A stretch of 64,000 nucleotides of DNA from Octopus bimaculoides (lineage: Eukaryota). The notes under the pieces are model-generated. The model searched no databases. It saw nothing but the letters and a program-made list of their open reading frames with translations, and was not told the DNA's origin. This document shows, piece by piece, positions 36,688 to 47,842 of this stretch. Numbering within the stretch: the stretch's first letter is position 1; each line of letters begins with the position of its first letter. The DNA lies in assembly GCF_001194135.2 (NCBI RefSeq), contig NC_068989.1, forward strand, positions 4,360,319 through 4,424,318, given 5' to 3'. Position numbers and translations under genes: made by a program.

Positions 36688-39600
36688 TATATGTATTCAA
36701 ATGGGTTGACAGATGTGTACGTGTTTGGTTAGCATTACTCTGAAACACATCATGTGTAGGTAAATTAATTTTAGTCAAGCGTGATATATTCCGAATAGCA
36801 AATGATGTATAAACAGATTATGCTTTTACTAGTATGAGAAATGTATGATAAGCACAAATGTATGAGAACTTATGATAAGCACAAATTTATATCATTGGTC
36901 CCCTACCTACGTTTCACTGTTGTAATTTATAATTTGTGAAACAGATACAGAGAGAGAGAATGACATGACTCACTGAGTTGTCACATCATCACGTCATGAC
37001 GTCATCCTCACGTGATATGTCTACACATCGCATCAGGAAGTGATCTATCATGACATAATTTGTATTGAGTCCCTGCAAGCTAAGAAAATCAATGTTAGTT
37101 ACAATACTGTTTTTACTTACTGCCATGACCATCACGTACTGCACCTATTTACAGTGTGTTAGATTCGTCTTTAACCGAAAACTATAAAGGCTGATATAGA
37201 CCCAATGCTGTGTGGTTGAGCTTCGCACTTTACAAGAGCTATCGACCAATGTCACCGGTTACCCGGTTGTATGACCAATATCACATTTCCCATGAACCAG
37301 TCCGTTTCAGGGTTCTCCGTTTGCTTCTGAGTGGACTGAAGCAATAGGAAATGAAGCGTTTTGCTCCAAAACCCAACGCATCATTCTGTCGGGAAATCGA
37401 AGCCACGATCTTGCGACTGGGAGTGCAACAATCTGACTGATAGGCCACGCGCCTTTACATCTCGAAAATTTAACTTCCTTTTATCAAAGAAAAAAAACGT
37501 ATTTTACTGTTTGTTTGTTGGGTTTCTTTTTTTTTTTTTTTCTTCATATAATCAAAGTATTTACTTTCTTTTGTGATTTTTATTTCGTTTGTTTTATTTT
37601 TAAAGATTTCTGGATGATAAAAAGTGCTCAGAATATTATTGGGTCGGTGATGTGTTGTCCAGGATGTTTTAGTCTATATAGAGTCGCTGCAGTCTATCAG
37701 TTATTGGGTGAATATGCTAAAGAAAGTGTGGAATCGTCCGATGTATTTATCAAAGACACAGGTACGGCGCCAATTATTTCGTTATTTCATTATGTGGGTG
37801 TTGCTTGGCTTTTCATTTAATATATTTCCGCTGTCAGTGAAATACAATGAATTCTGATTCTTTATGCTTCAAAGTGCGCTCTGTCTCACCTTTATGCGCT
37901 AACCCATGGCAAAGTTACCCATTTAGAGTTGCGGGAACTGGAGCAACGTGAAATGAAGGCTTTTCCTCAAGAATACAACTCACAGCCGGTCTGGAACTCG
38001 AAACTGGGACCTCGTGATGTTAAGTGCAATACCCTAACCGCTAGGCCACGAGACTTCATGCGCCATCCGTCTCTTGGTATAATCTCTTGGATTATGAACT
38101 GGTATTGGAAGAAAGGTCTGGTCTAAAACATGTTATGAGTTCAGACAAAGTTGATATTGTCAGTAGGACACTAATATATATTTGTAGCAGTTTGGTAGAT
38201 TGAACTGATGGGGCTGCACCACCAATTCTTTTACGGAAACCGAGCAAGGATCGGTCTGCTATCATCTTCATTCCTTTCTCTATTTCTCTTAGTCGCTCCT
38301 CTCCTCTTTCTCACTCTCTCTCTCTCCCCACAAGTCTCATTTTCTCTGGATATTTCTCTCCATCTATCTATTTGTCTTTTTGTACATTCATCCATCCCTC
38401 TCTCTCTCTCTCTCTCCATTCCATGAAATTGTCCAGCGTCAGTGAACCTCTTGCATTCAGATAAGTTTGTCCTAAACGTCGATGTTTGTTTACAAACTTT
38501 TACTCAGCCCTGGTCTCATTTGTTCTGAGTAATATAAAGTTTCTCCTCATAAGTCTCAAGTTACTCTGGTGGTTAAAAGAAATGGGAATGTGTATTATAT
38601 ATGATGAATAGACGCCAGAGAAATATGTCTTGTATCACATGATACACAGGACAGACAAAGGCCAAATCTGTTGTTTTTTTTTCTTTCATTTTTTTTTCAT
38701 AATTTGGTAATTTTTTCTCTTTAATTCTTTAGGCGAGGATCGATGGATGTGTACTCTTATGATGATGAGAGGCTGGAAATTAAAATATTGTACGTTCGCC
38801 TTCAACACGACTTACTGTCCATCGACAGTGGAGGAATTCTTGAAACAACGACGACGCTGGATGTTATCGGATTTGGCCAATACATTCCTAGTAATGAGGC
38901 ATCTTCCTCGATTGGTGCGACACAATGCCTGCTTTACGGCCATGTACATCCTCTACCTTGTTCAGTTGTTCCTTATTGTCATCATTTCTCCAGGTAAATA
39001 TATCTTCTTTTATTGNNNNNNNNNNNNNNNNNNNNNNNNNNNNNNNNNNNNNNNNNNNNNNNNNNNNNNNNNNNNNNNNNNNNNNNNNNNNNNNNNNNNN
39101 NNNNNNNNNNNNNNNNNNNNNNNNNNNNNNNNNNNNNNNNNNNNNNNNNNNNNNNNNNNNNNNNNNNNNNNNNNNNNNNNNNNNNNNNNNNNNNNNNNNN
39201 NNNNNNNNNNNNNNNNNNNNNNNNNNNNNNNNNNNNNNNNNNNNNNNNNNNNNNNNNNNNNNNNNNNNNNNNNNNNNNNNNNNNNNNNNNNNNNNNNNNN
39301 NNNNNNNNNNNNNNNNNNNNNNNNNNNNNNNNNNNNNNNNNNNNNNNNNNNNNNNNNNNNNNNNNNNNNNNNNNNNNNNNNNNNNNNNNNNNNNNNNNNN
39401 NNNNNNNNNNNNNNNNNNNNNNNNNNNNNNNNNNNNNNNNNNNNNNNNNNNNNNNNNNNNNNNNNNNNNNNNNNNNNNNNNNNNNNNNNNNNNNNNNNNN
39501 NNNNNNNNNNNNNNNNNNNNNNNNNNNNNNNNNNNNNNNNNNNNNNNNNNNNNNNNNNNNNNNNNNNNNNNNNNNNNNNNNNNNNNNNNNNNNNNNNNNN

Positions 39601-42600
39601 NNNNNNNNNNNNNNNNNNNNNNNNNNNNNNNNNNNNNNNNNNNNNNNNNNNNNNNNNNNNNNNNNNNNNNNNNNNNNNNNNNNNNNNNNNNNNNNNNNNN
39701 NNNNNNNNNNNNAAACTAGCTAATTGATTGACTGAACATTTAAGGGAATCAATAGTTCATTGGTTAAATACCAATCGACTAATAAAAAGAAAATAAAGAA
39801 GTAAAGAAATGTATTTATTATTGGCATAATGCCCCTCCCGAGATGCAAGATATTTTAAATTTGTTTTTCTTTGTTCTTTGCAGGTTCCACCATAATAATG
39901 ATTACGGCTGGATTAGACATGGTGTTCGGAATAACTTTTGTAGTGCCTTCAATCTTAGTTTGTGTTATACTTTTAGTATATATGTGCATCTGTATGTTTG
40001 CTCCGTCGAAAATCCAAACTTATGTCACCATTCTCTTAATATTTATATTTGGCACTGCTATTTCATGTGTCTTCATAGGCGGTGCCGTCTATATTATCAA
40101 AGACATTATCAGAGGTAAGTTGTAACTTATGTGTGTGTGTCTCTATCTCTCTCTCTTTCTCTCTCTCTCTCTCGTACAAGTTAGTGTAGACTTAGGGGTA
40201 AGTTGCCTTAGAGTCTATTCTTTTCTTTGGTGAGTCCCTATTACTTACTTTGCAGCTACACGTCGTGTAAGCATGAACCACACAAGTCCAAATTCATCCC
40301 AATTCGAGATACACTCTCTTAATTTTAAGCAAAACCTTTTTTTTTTTATCAGTTCAAACACGATATAATGGAATAGTGTTATGACTGGGTGTCACTGGTT
40401 ATTTAATTATTTTCCTCAATTAATTAATCAGGAACTCTTTTGTTTGCTTTTTTCTTTTAAAATGACTCTCAACTGGATAAGTTTCTCCTCCATGCACAGG
40501 ACCAGTTATTTCCAGCAAGTAGGAATCACTGTAGAGCAGTTTCATGTTATTCACTGATGCACCAGCTTCAAAGACATAGTGCTAATAAACTATAAGCGCG
40601 AACACTAGAAAAGATGCCGTTGTATGTGGCTATAGTTTGGCATTGTCAGAACCCCCAAGTCTTGGAGCTAATTTAAGGATTAAGGAAAAAAAATTGGGAC
40701 AAATTTCAGTTTTTGAAATATCTATTTACTTTCATTTACGTTCCACAGAAATGCGAACATATGATGGATTTGTTACAACGTCCAGAAAAATACCTTGGGT
40801 TATTTCTTAAGATTTTTTACGTTCTGAGTTTAAATCATGCTCAGGTGAACTTTTACCAGAGATTGAGCAAATATTTCTGTTGATTGCGGGCTATAATTTT
40901 TTCATTGTTCTTGTTTCTTCAACTCGAATNNNNNNNNNNNNNNNNNNNNNNNNNNNNNNNNNNNNNNNNNNNNNNNNNNNNNNNNNNNNNNNNNNNNNNN
41001 NNNNNNNNNNNNNNNNNNNNNNNNNNNNNNNNNNNNNNNNNNNNNNNNNNNNNNNNNNNNNNNNNNNNNNNNNNNNNNNNNNNNNNNNNNNNNNNNNNNN
41101 NNNNNNNNNNNNNNNNNNNNNNNNNNNNNNNNNNNNNNNNNNNNNNNNNNNNNNNNNNNNNNNNNNNNNNNNNNNNNNNNNNNNNNNNNNNNNNNNNNNN
41201 NNNNNNNNNNNNNNNNNNNNNNNNNNNNNNNNNNNNNNNNNNNNNNNNNNNNNNNNNNNNNNNNNNNNNNTTTCGAGATTGTGTCTGTAGTAGGGTGTCC
41301 ATGCCTCAGCCCCTTACAAAAGCATGCTGAAAATTCAAAATTTGTATACACTTACTTTAGTTTTCAGATTGACACAATCTTCGATAGGAAAGTTTTCAAA
41401 AGCAACAATAATGGCAACAAAAATTAAATATTGTTTCTTGTCTTTTACAGACATAGAATCGGACAGCCTGGAGTTTCAAGAACATTATTTGTTAATCTTA
41501 CTCACGTCCAGTGTTTTCTATGCTGCCATTTTACATCCACACGAGACTTGGATTATATTTCTCGGTCTTTTCTACATGTTCATGTTCCCAGCCATGCACA
41601 TTCTGCTTCCGGTTTACTCCATCAGTAACATTGTAGATCAAAGCTGGGGGACGAGGGATGGCGTGAGTATATTTATTTCAAATCGTTTTAAACGTCGTCG
41701 TAATGTTTTGAGAGTTTCATTTATAACATGTTTCAGTTATTGAGCTACGACCATGCTGGATCACTACCATAAAAGGGGTTAACTTGAACTGATCGACCAT
41801 ATTACTTATTAAGTTTGGTATTTATTCTAACTCTTTTGCCGAACTGCTAAGTGACAGGGACGCAAAGAAACTAATACCAGCTGACAAGCGGTGGTAGGTA
41901 CAAGTAAATACACACACGTACATGTATATACGCGTGGCTTAGTGGTTAGGGTATTCGGATCCTGGCATCACGTTGTATCCTTAAGCAAGGCATTTTATTT
42001 CACATTGCTCCAGCTTACTCGGTTGGCAGAAATGAGTTTCAGTTTCTTTAACATTGTGTCACGCTGGACCTCGCTGAGAACAACGCTGAAGTTACGCGCG
42101 TCTGTTGAGTGCTTGGTTATTTCCACCTTAATTTCACCAGTAGGATGTTCGGTTGATCAGAATAACCGAAATGCTCATCGTCGTAACCGACGGATTGCCC
42201 ATACTTGTANNNNNNNNNNNNNNNNNNNNNNNNNNNNNNNNNNNNNNNNNNNNNNNNNNNNNNNNNNNNNNNNNNNNNNNNNNNNNNNNNNNNNNNNNNN
42301 NNNNNNNNNNNNNNNNNNNNNNNNNNNNNNNNNNNNNNNNNNNNNNNNNNNNNNNNNNNNNNNNNNNNNNNNNNNNNNNNNNNNNNNNNNNNNNNNNNNN
42401 NNNNNNNNNNNNNNNNNNNNNNNNNNNNNNNNNNNNNNNNNNNNNNNNNNNNNNNNNNNNNNNNNNNNNNNNNNNNNNNNNNNNNNNNNNNNNNNNNNNN
42501 NNNNNNNNNNNNNNNNNNNNNNNNNNNNNNNNNNNNNNNNNNNNNNNNNNNNNNNNNNNNNNNNNNNNNNNNNNNNNNNNNNNNNNNNNNNNNNNNNNNN

Positions 42601-44261
42601 NNNNNNNNNNNNNNNNNNNNNNNNNNNNNNNNNNNNNNNNNNNNATATCAACTTGTTCTGTTCGACAAAATCTTTCAAAAACGCCCCAGCATGGTCGCAG
42701 TCGAATGATTGAAACAAATAAAAGATAAAAAGAAAACGGGCTTTACTTTTTATTTATATATTTATTTATTTGCAGAACAAAGCTTCCGTTCCGAAACTGG
42801 TTTGTTTCCCCAAAATCCGTAAACGTCGAAAAAAGATAAAGAAGAAAAGGAAGGATAAAAGTAAGTTAATCCATGTTTGCTTCCTTCCTATTCTTTCACA
42901 TTTCATCTTCACGATATTGCCACAAGGCAAACAGAAACTATAAGAAGCTCTCTCTCTCTCGGCGGCTTTGCTTCAATCCAATGGCTGCAACTCACAATAG
43001 AAGAAATAATTCATTTCTTCTAATTGTTATATTTTTCTTTCTTACATTTCTTTAACTTTACATGTTTTAGCCATTAGACTGCGGCCATGCTGGGGCACCA
43101 TCTTGTAAGGCTTAGTCGAATAAATTGACACCAGGACTTTTTCTTTTAAATTCTGATTCTTAATATATCAGAACATTTCACCAAACAGCTAAGTTAAACC
43201 ATCTGTGGTTAAGCCACGGTCGGAACACACACACACACACACACACACCCTTCTTCTTTCAGCTTCCGTTTACCACGTTGACTCACAGGTCTTTTGGTTG
43301 CCCCGAAGCTATAATAGAAAAAAACATGCACGTGTTGAAGGTGCCACGTGGTGGCATTCAACCTGAAACCATGTCGTTGGAAAGCAAACTTCTTACCACA
43401 CAGCCATGTCAACGCTTTAATTTTATTAGTATTGAATGAGATAGCAGTGCATTTCATGAAAGTGACACTGGGGTAAAATATACGAAGCCCAGTATACCCA
43501 TAATTACTAACCGTCTTATAAGGGTAAACCAGGCACATGCATCACAACCATATGTGCGCAATACGGAGATCTCATATCAAGATAAACAGCGCATGACCTT
43601 GCAGGTGTGGCCCAGTTAGAATTCTGAGTTCAAATTCCGCCGAGGTCGACTTTGAATTTATCATTTCGAGGTTGATTAAATAAGTGCAAGTTACGCACTG
43701 TTGTCGATGTTATCGACTTAATCCCATCCCCCAAGCTGCCCTTGTGGCAAAGGTTCGAAATTATTAGTATTTGAAGGTATTAATTTATTTTCTTTTATTT
43801 CAGTTCCCGCAACTTTGAATTCTTCCACTCATAACTTTAACCTCTTTGATAAGCATGAAGATGAAGTCGAATACAAATTCTGGAAGTTTCTTCGAGATTT
43901 CGTTATTGGTGCAACGGTGAGGACGGGTACACCGAAGTTGGAAATGGCTGAAAAACTCCGAAGGTTGCGCATTAAATGCATTTTCGCATTTTTGATTTGT
44001 AATTCGATCTGGATGATCATCCTTGGATTCCTCTTCACAAACGTTACAACCGAAAGGTCTAAGTTTAATTTATTTGCTTCAGTCAGTGGCTCCCTCTACG
44101 GGATATCATTCGTCGTTCAAATTATTGGAATGACGGTACATCGAACGCAAGACACTATCGAACGTTTTATACGTAAATCGAACAGACACTCGAAGCGACC
44201 CGAATGGATAATTACAAAAGACGAAAAACCTGAAGCTGTAAAAAACGGAAGTAAAAAATAA
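22530..44261 (+). CDS. CHS: Chitin synthase paralogue A (GT2), 13 coding exons, 1252 aa; start codon tentative
   Basis: join(22530-22559, 27686-27795, 28848-28974, 30088-30234, 30880-31796, 33373-33637, 35624-36383, 37606-37761, 38733-38993, 39884-40114, 41451-41662, 42776-42860, 43804-44261) = 3759 nt. All introns are GT-AG and all phases are compatible. Motifs: SKLT, AVPE, CTTMYRE, KKRWSQ, TDAD, FEYAK, CCPGCFSLYR, GEDRW, QRRRW, SWGTR, FW..L..LR and QIIGMTVHR. Confidence 0.92.
22927..23090 (+). mobile_element. SINE family 1, degenerate
   Basis: ggtgagctggccgaatcgtt..caggccttgtacctatagcagaaagg. Confidence 0.65.
23275..23527 (-). mobile_element. SINE family 3 (MetaSINE-like)
   Basis: Minus strand: tggaaggtgcatg head, gactgacgtcctgtttagg core and gcgacacggaaactaggtaagcggtcctatgaatccc tail. 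Confidence 0.5.
23975..24175 (+). mobile_element. SINE family 1, degenerate
   Basis: aaaatgcttagtcgc..cattcaaatcc..ttgctggccttgggctaaaatctgaa. Confidence 0.6.
25770..25900 (+). mobile_element. Mariner transposase HTH remnant
   Basis: NTLERRHF..HQIAFGDEATPSSVFN resembles the mariner LxxAFGDEAPSxxTVxxW motif. Confidence 0.4.
26065..26610 (-). mobile_element. SINE family 1 split by a nested SINE
   Basis: Family-1 sequence stops at ggtacttattttat (26153) and resumes at acttattttatcgat (26486). Confidence 0.8.
26154..26485 (+). mobile_element. tRNA-derived SINE, family 4, nested, with an 11-bp target site duplication
   Basis: Head gaaggcgcatggctcagtggttagagcg..gagttcgaatccc. ACTTATTTTAT occurs at 26143-26153 and 26486-26496. 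A 3' fragment of the same family lies at about 62255-62370. Confidence 0.85.
27463..27655 (+). mobile_element. SINE family 1 immediately upstream of the CHS-A exon 2 acceptor
   Basis: ctggcagaatgctcagc..ccaggccttgtaccaatagtagaaagg. Confidence 0.7.
27686..27795 (+). CDS. CHS-A exon 2
   Basis: tttttttttccccAG|...ACATG|GTATGT. Encodes ILFNIIGFTFNTFLFTLSKLTFLYLLYLHEHESKET(W), which contains the conserved SKxTxL. Below the ORF-track length threshold. Confidence 0.85.
28848..28974 (+). CDS. CHS-A exon 3
   Basis: cccttcacAG|G...TCG|GTATGT. Encodes (W)TAAMTVVLAVPEVISLVKLLWCTSFLLYGKLSDWPSPPSFVS, with the conserved AVPE. Phases 2 and 0 fit the neighbouring exons. Confidence 0.9.
29524..29569 (+). ncRNA. 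Minimal type I hammerhead ribozyme variant (PLE-associated class) in CHS-A intron 3, sense strand
   Basis: AAAACTGT-tcgacga-ACG-gaat-CGT-gaa-ACTC-t-GAGT-a-ACAGTTTT: 8-bp stem I, 3-bp stem II, palindromic stem III, GUA cleavage triplet. The core is U3C4 instead of C3U4. Confidence 0.65.
30088..30234 (+). CDS. CHS-A exon 4
   Basis: ccattttcAG|...ATG|GTAAGT, 147 nt, phase 0/0. Encodes GIVCSIMESTALIFFVMRIGPKLHPIILIPLLSSVLCLKIVSLYFKKGM, homologous to the E..G..L.F.VLP.LD helix pair. Confidence 0.88.
30404..30493 (-). mobile_element. LINE (RTE-like) reverse transcriptase domain-0 fragment in CHS-A intron 4
   Basis: EINLEEALTTVKQLQTGKSCDIHGVPPDLL matches the LINE IxxEEVxxAIKxLKxGKAxGxDGIPxELL motif. 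Confidence 0.6.
30880..31796 (+). CDS. CHS-A exon 5 (transmembrane helices to CTTMYRE)
   Basis: ttttttctAG|CGC...CG|GTAAAT; covers ORF 30886-31800. Confidence 0.95.
32129..32322 (-). mobile_element. Small PLE-terminal-repeat-like element between two (TA)n tracts, carrying a mutated hammerhead (32154-32198)
   Basis: Minus strand AAAACTGT-ccaacga-ACG-gaa-CGT-gaa-ACTC-t-GAGT-a-ACAGCTTT, homologous to 29524-29569 but with core G5A. Confidence 0.6.
32324..32396. repeat. (TA)n microsatellite
   Basis: Direct reading. Confidence 0.95.
32947..33147. repeat. MITE-like foldback in CHS-A intron 5
   Basis: Arms 32947-32988 and 33106-33147 are reverse complements (about 36/42), and both outer ends read TTAA. 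A second inner pair lies at 33015-33029 / 33086-33100. Confidence 0.8.
33373..33637 (+). CDS. CHS-A exon 6 (..LDNG..PYG..KKRWSQ)
   Basis: ttccAG|A...CAG|GTAAGT, phases 2/0. Confidence 0.95.
35624..36383 (+). CDS. CHS-A exon 7 (insert, TDAD, FEYAK)
   Basis: tttaaAG|GTA...AAAG|GTTGGT, phases 0/1. Confidence 0.93.
36966..37042. promoter_or_regulatory. Candidate intronic enhancer: AP-1/CRE/E-box/ETS cluster in CHS-A intron 7
   Basis: TGACTCA 36966-36972, TCACGTCA 36989-36996, ATGACGTCAT 36996-37005, TCACGTGA 37008-37015 and CAGGAAGTG 37034-37042. Confidence 0.35.
37606..37761 (+). CDS. CHS-A exon 8 (DFWMIK..CCPGCFSLYR..KDTG)
   Basis: tttttaaAG|AT...ACAG|GTACGG, 156 nt. Confidence 0.95.
38733..38993 (+). 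CDS. CHS-A exon 9 (GEDRW, QRRRW)
   Basis: ttctttAG|GC...CCAG|GTAAAT, 261 nt. Confidence 0.97.
39884..40114 (+). CDS. CHS-A exon 10 (transmembrane)
   Basis: ctttgcAG|GT...AGAG|GTAAGT, 231 nt. Confidence 0.95.
41451..41662 (+). CDS. CHS-A exon 11 (HP.E..SWGTRDG)
   Basis: ttttacAG|AC...GGC|GTGAGT, 212 nt. Confidence 0.95.
42776..42860 (+). CDS. CHS-A exon 12 (polybasic NKASVPKLVCFPKIRKRRKKIKKKRKDK)
   Basis: tatttgcAG|...AAAA|GTAAGT. Phases 0/1 are required to connect exons 11 and 13. Confidence 0.88.
43255..43410 (-). mobile_element. SINE family 5 (gcttcccaaccacatggtt..ggttcagtcccactg type), 5' part
   Basis: Homologous to 57505-57865; other fragments at about 9690-9770, 11120-11220 and 50640-50880. 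Confidence 0.6.
43804..44261 (+). CDS. CHS-A exon 13 (terminal)
   Basis: ttatttcAG|TT CCC GCA...AAA TAA. Encodes the FW, LRRLR and QIIGMTVHR motifs. Confidence 0.93.
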
Positions 44262-44354
44262 ATCAAAGAAAAAGACGAAAATAAAATGATAGAAGACAAA
44301 TAAAAGAGAAGACCTCTTGGGAAAAAAATAGTATAAAATTTTAAAACAAATAAA
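44257..44354 (+). terminator. Candidate poly(A) signals for CHS-A
   Basis: AATAAA at 44257-44262 (overlapping the stop codon), 44280-44285, 44299-44304 and 44349-44354. Confidence 0.4.
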
Positions 44355-45367
44355 AGCTCTTCGAAAATGCGGTGTGATAGGGACGGGAGGTGGCAACGCT
44401 CACATTTGCGGATAGACAGATATTTTATTCATTCAATAATAGAAATTGGGCTGCGCCCATGCTGGTGCACTTGCCTCCGAACATTTCGGTCGATCACATC
44501 AACCTTATTATTCGTTCCAGTCAGGTATTTATTTTAGAGATCTTCATTTGTTGGAAGACCAAATAAGGTATTTTAAAACGGTACCAGTTATTACAAGGGG
44601 AGCTTATGACTGCGAATCCAAATTTATAGGCACATTTTCGCATGCTTCCTTCAATTTTCATGCAAACACATAAATTATACAAATTCTGTTATTCTTTTAT
44701 ACGTTTTAGCGACGCGGTTGTGATCATGTATGTAGTGTGTATATATACGTGTCTGTGTGTGTGTGTAAGCATAATTATATAAGCATGCGTGAACATTGTA
44801 TATTTGTATAGGTATGTATAAGCATAACCTATAGATATGTAGGAGTGCGTATGTGAGTACTTTTATATCATGAAGCTTGACAGTTAGGCATCAATATCGC
44901 TGCGCGACTTCCCTGTCTGTCTCGTGTATTTTGAATATATAAGTTTTCGACAACTCTTTTTTTATGAATATCGTAAGGCTGTGTGTGTTTGCGAGATTTC
45001 GAATACATACGTGTATGTCATATCGTTAATAAACATTATCTGATGTATAACTCAATAGACAATTGTGTTTTTTTATATAATAAGGCTGATATAAAGCATT
45101 TCCTGTGTGTTAGATGTGTGACTGCTACTGATGAGTTTAGAGCTCGATGTAGAGTATCATCATCCAGTCTACTTCCAGTAAAGTTATATGGTTACTACTG
45201 TACTTCGCAGTATTGCTAATTATAACATACAGAGCAAATGAGAAATTATGGTGCAGTTTAAATTATTTCTTCTCTTTATACATTTTACCATTGTGGTTAT
45301 TGCACCTCTGCAGTGGGTGTTCTAACTTCATGTTGTGTTTTTCATATATATAATATGTATGTATATA

Positions 45368-46368
45368 CTTTGGGTCATCCCATAAATAATGCGGTTTTTT
45401 CAATTGCACGAACTAAAAGTCGGAGGGAGGGGTAAGGGATACACTACCTGCATCAACTTGCTATAAAAGTAGGTAGTAATTGTACTTATTGTTAGTGTAA
45501 GTTTTGAAGAGTGCAATACGATTTCAACAGTTGCCTTCAATAAAGACAACAACGCAATGGAAAGTGCGAGGAATATCACTGCAGTATATGGGGATCGGAC
45601 AGTAAGTGTAAGCCAGTGTCAAAGGCGGTTCCAGGCATTTTGAGCCTAAAACTACAGCTTAGAAGATGAGCCTCGTCTTGGATGATCTGTAGAGCCATTT
45701 TTGGACTGAATAGTGACTGGTAACGAGAAATGGGTTCTTTATAAAAATGTCAAGTGCCGAAAACACTGGATAGGGGAAAGGAGAAACACCGGCACTCCAG
45801 GCTGAAGAAGGTCTTCACCCACGTCAGGTGTTCTTATCTGTTTGGTGGGATATGAAAAGTTTAGTCCACTTTGAACTTTTAAAACCAAACCAAACGTTAG
45901 CAAAGATCTACTTCGAGCAGCTTGAGTGGCTTAAGTCAGTGCTAGAAGGAAAACGACCATCTTTGGTTTCAAGACGAAAGGTGTTCTTCCATAATGATCG
46001 GCCACGTACAGCGAGGGTGACATTCCGAAGGCTGGAGCAGTTTGAATGAAAAACGATGCCCCACCACCGTCATTTTCACCGGACATTGCCCCATCTTATT
46101 ATCATTTATTTTGCAGTCTTCAAAATCATTTGGACAGAAAAAATATGAATTCTGTAGACGAGGTCAGAACAGTACTGAAAGAGCATTTTTCGTAACGGAC
46201 AATTGAATTTTGTAAGAGAGGCCTTGCAAGTCTACCAGATAGATAGAAGAGCATAGTATAAAATGAAGAAGAGTATATTTTAGATTAAAAAAGGACTTAG
46301 TTTATCTTAATTCCGAAAAAACTAAAAGAAGTATAAAAGAACCGCATCATTTATGGAATGACCCAATG
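45368..46368 (+). mobile_element. Mariner DNA transposon, internally deleted, with both TIRs and TA target duplication
   Basis: Left end TA|CTTTGGGTCATCCCATAAATAATGCGG; right end (reverse complement) TA|CATTGGGTCATTCCATAAATGATGCGG. Internal remnants: AVYGDRTVS..EDEPR, IVTGNEKW, SVWWDMK..FELL, FFHND and the YSPDIAPS-like segment, with stops and frameshifts. Confidence 0.92.
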
Positions 46369-47053
46369 TATTATATATATAATATGCACAGTTGTATGTG
46401 TATGGATAATTTTTAAGTTTATATAAGCACGCTGATAAAATTGCTTTCAATTGCGAACCTAATATATGATCAGTTTCCAGACGAAACCAAATATGTCCCG
46501 TGGGGACTTTTTGCGAATGGTGCTTCTGTAAGATGGCCGCATATTTAATCTCGAGAGCCAACAAATGATTTATATCGATTGAAATTACACCCGCGAAGAA
46601 AAGAAATGGTGTTACTATTATTTCTTGTTACAGCGGAAGTGGAAATCATGGAATTCTACTTCACATTACACTGATTTAGATTGCAAACACAATACTTTGT
46701 TGATAGAATACATACATTTCAGCCTACACTCTGTGGAGACAAATTCAAATCATTGCTCTGGAAAACAATAGTTGATACTATATATTGTATAGAAAGAGGT
46801 CAACATATGCATATTAAATATATATATATATATACACTACATACCTTTTACCGAAGTGAAATATATGCGTTATCAGTAGTTTCATTAACCATTTTACAGG
46901 CGGGTTTTATAGATAGGATGGTTATCGTTATCGTAAGCGCTCTCGACAAAACGATAGACATTTAAGAAGTTTCATGCAACTATATATTTACAATACATTT
47001 ATTTATTATTCATATATTACGAAAGTGTGTGTGTGTGTGTTGTGGGGTACGAG

Positions 47054-47099
<46 letters not shown>

Positions 47100-47351
47100 N
47101 NNNNNNNNNTTCCGATCTATATATGTGTGTGTGTAGTACTTAGACTCTCAAAGAAATCTATCTAATGCAAATTTAGTCAATCTCTGTGATATTTAATCAA
47201 CGGGAGTGCGCAATATTTCAGCACAAAATCGAACCTATAAATTTGCCTATGTTAAACTATTAGTTTATTAATCATTATGATAAGGTTCTGTTTTGTTCTC
47301 GGAACTATTACTCTTCGAACTCCTTATAGAAGCAGTCAATTATATTTTAAA

Positions 47352-47404
<53 letters not shown>

Positions 47405-47545
47405 TCATTTAACACGAATTTCATCGTGGGGCCTCCAATACTTTCTGCGACTAGTTAACGTTTCAGATGGTGTTGAAGTTTCTACAAAATGCATAACAGA
47501 TTATGAGTGGATGTTAAATAAACCAGCAGGATTTANNNNNNNNNN

Positions 47546-47577
<32 letters not shown>

Positions 47578-47629
47578 GGGATGAGAGTTTCGTGTGTTAG
47601 CATTGATCAGACATTATTAAGTTTGCTAA

Positions 47630-47842
47630 CAAGGTGACATGCTGGCAGAAACGTTTGCACTCCGGGTGAAATGCTTAGTGGTGTTTCATGTCTTTACGTT
47701 CTGAGTTCAAATTATGCCGAGGTCGACTTTGCCTTTCATCCTTTCGGGGTCGATAAATTAAATACCAGTTGCGTACTGAGGTCGATCTAATCGACTGGCC
47801 CCCTCCCCCAAAATTTTGGGTTTTGTGCCTAGAGTAGAAAAG
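47630..47842 (+). mobile_element. SINE family 1 with a 17-bp TSD inside a small inverted-repeat element
   Basis: attattaagtttgctaa (47613-47629) vs ataattaattttgctaa (47843-47859). Flanking inverted repeats at 47583-47601 and 47862-47880. Confidence 0.75.

Noticed and set aside
36832-36886. Two 27-28 bp tandem copies (gtatgagaa..tatgataagcacaaat) and an 11-bp tandem near 29985
   Set aside because: Simple local duplications; there is no spacer structure, so not CRISPR-like.
43430-43520. Sequence shared with 63880-63960
   Set aside because: Two diverged copies of an unidentified interspersed repeat, not linked to the CHS duplication in position or orientation.
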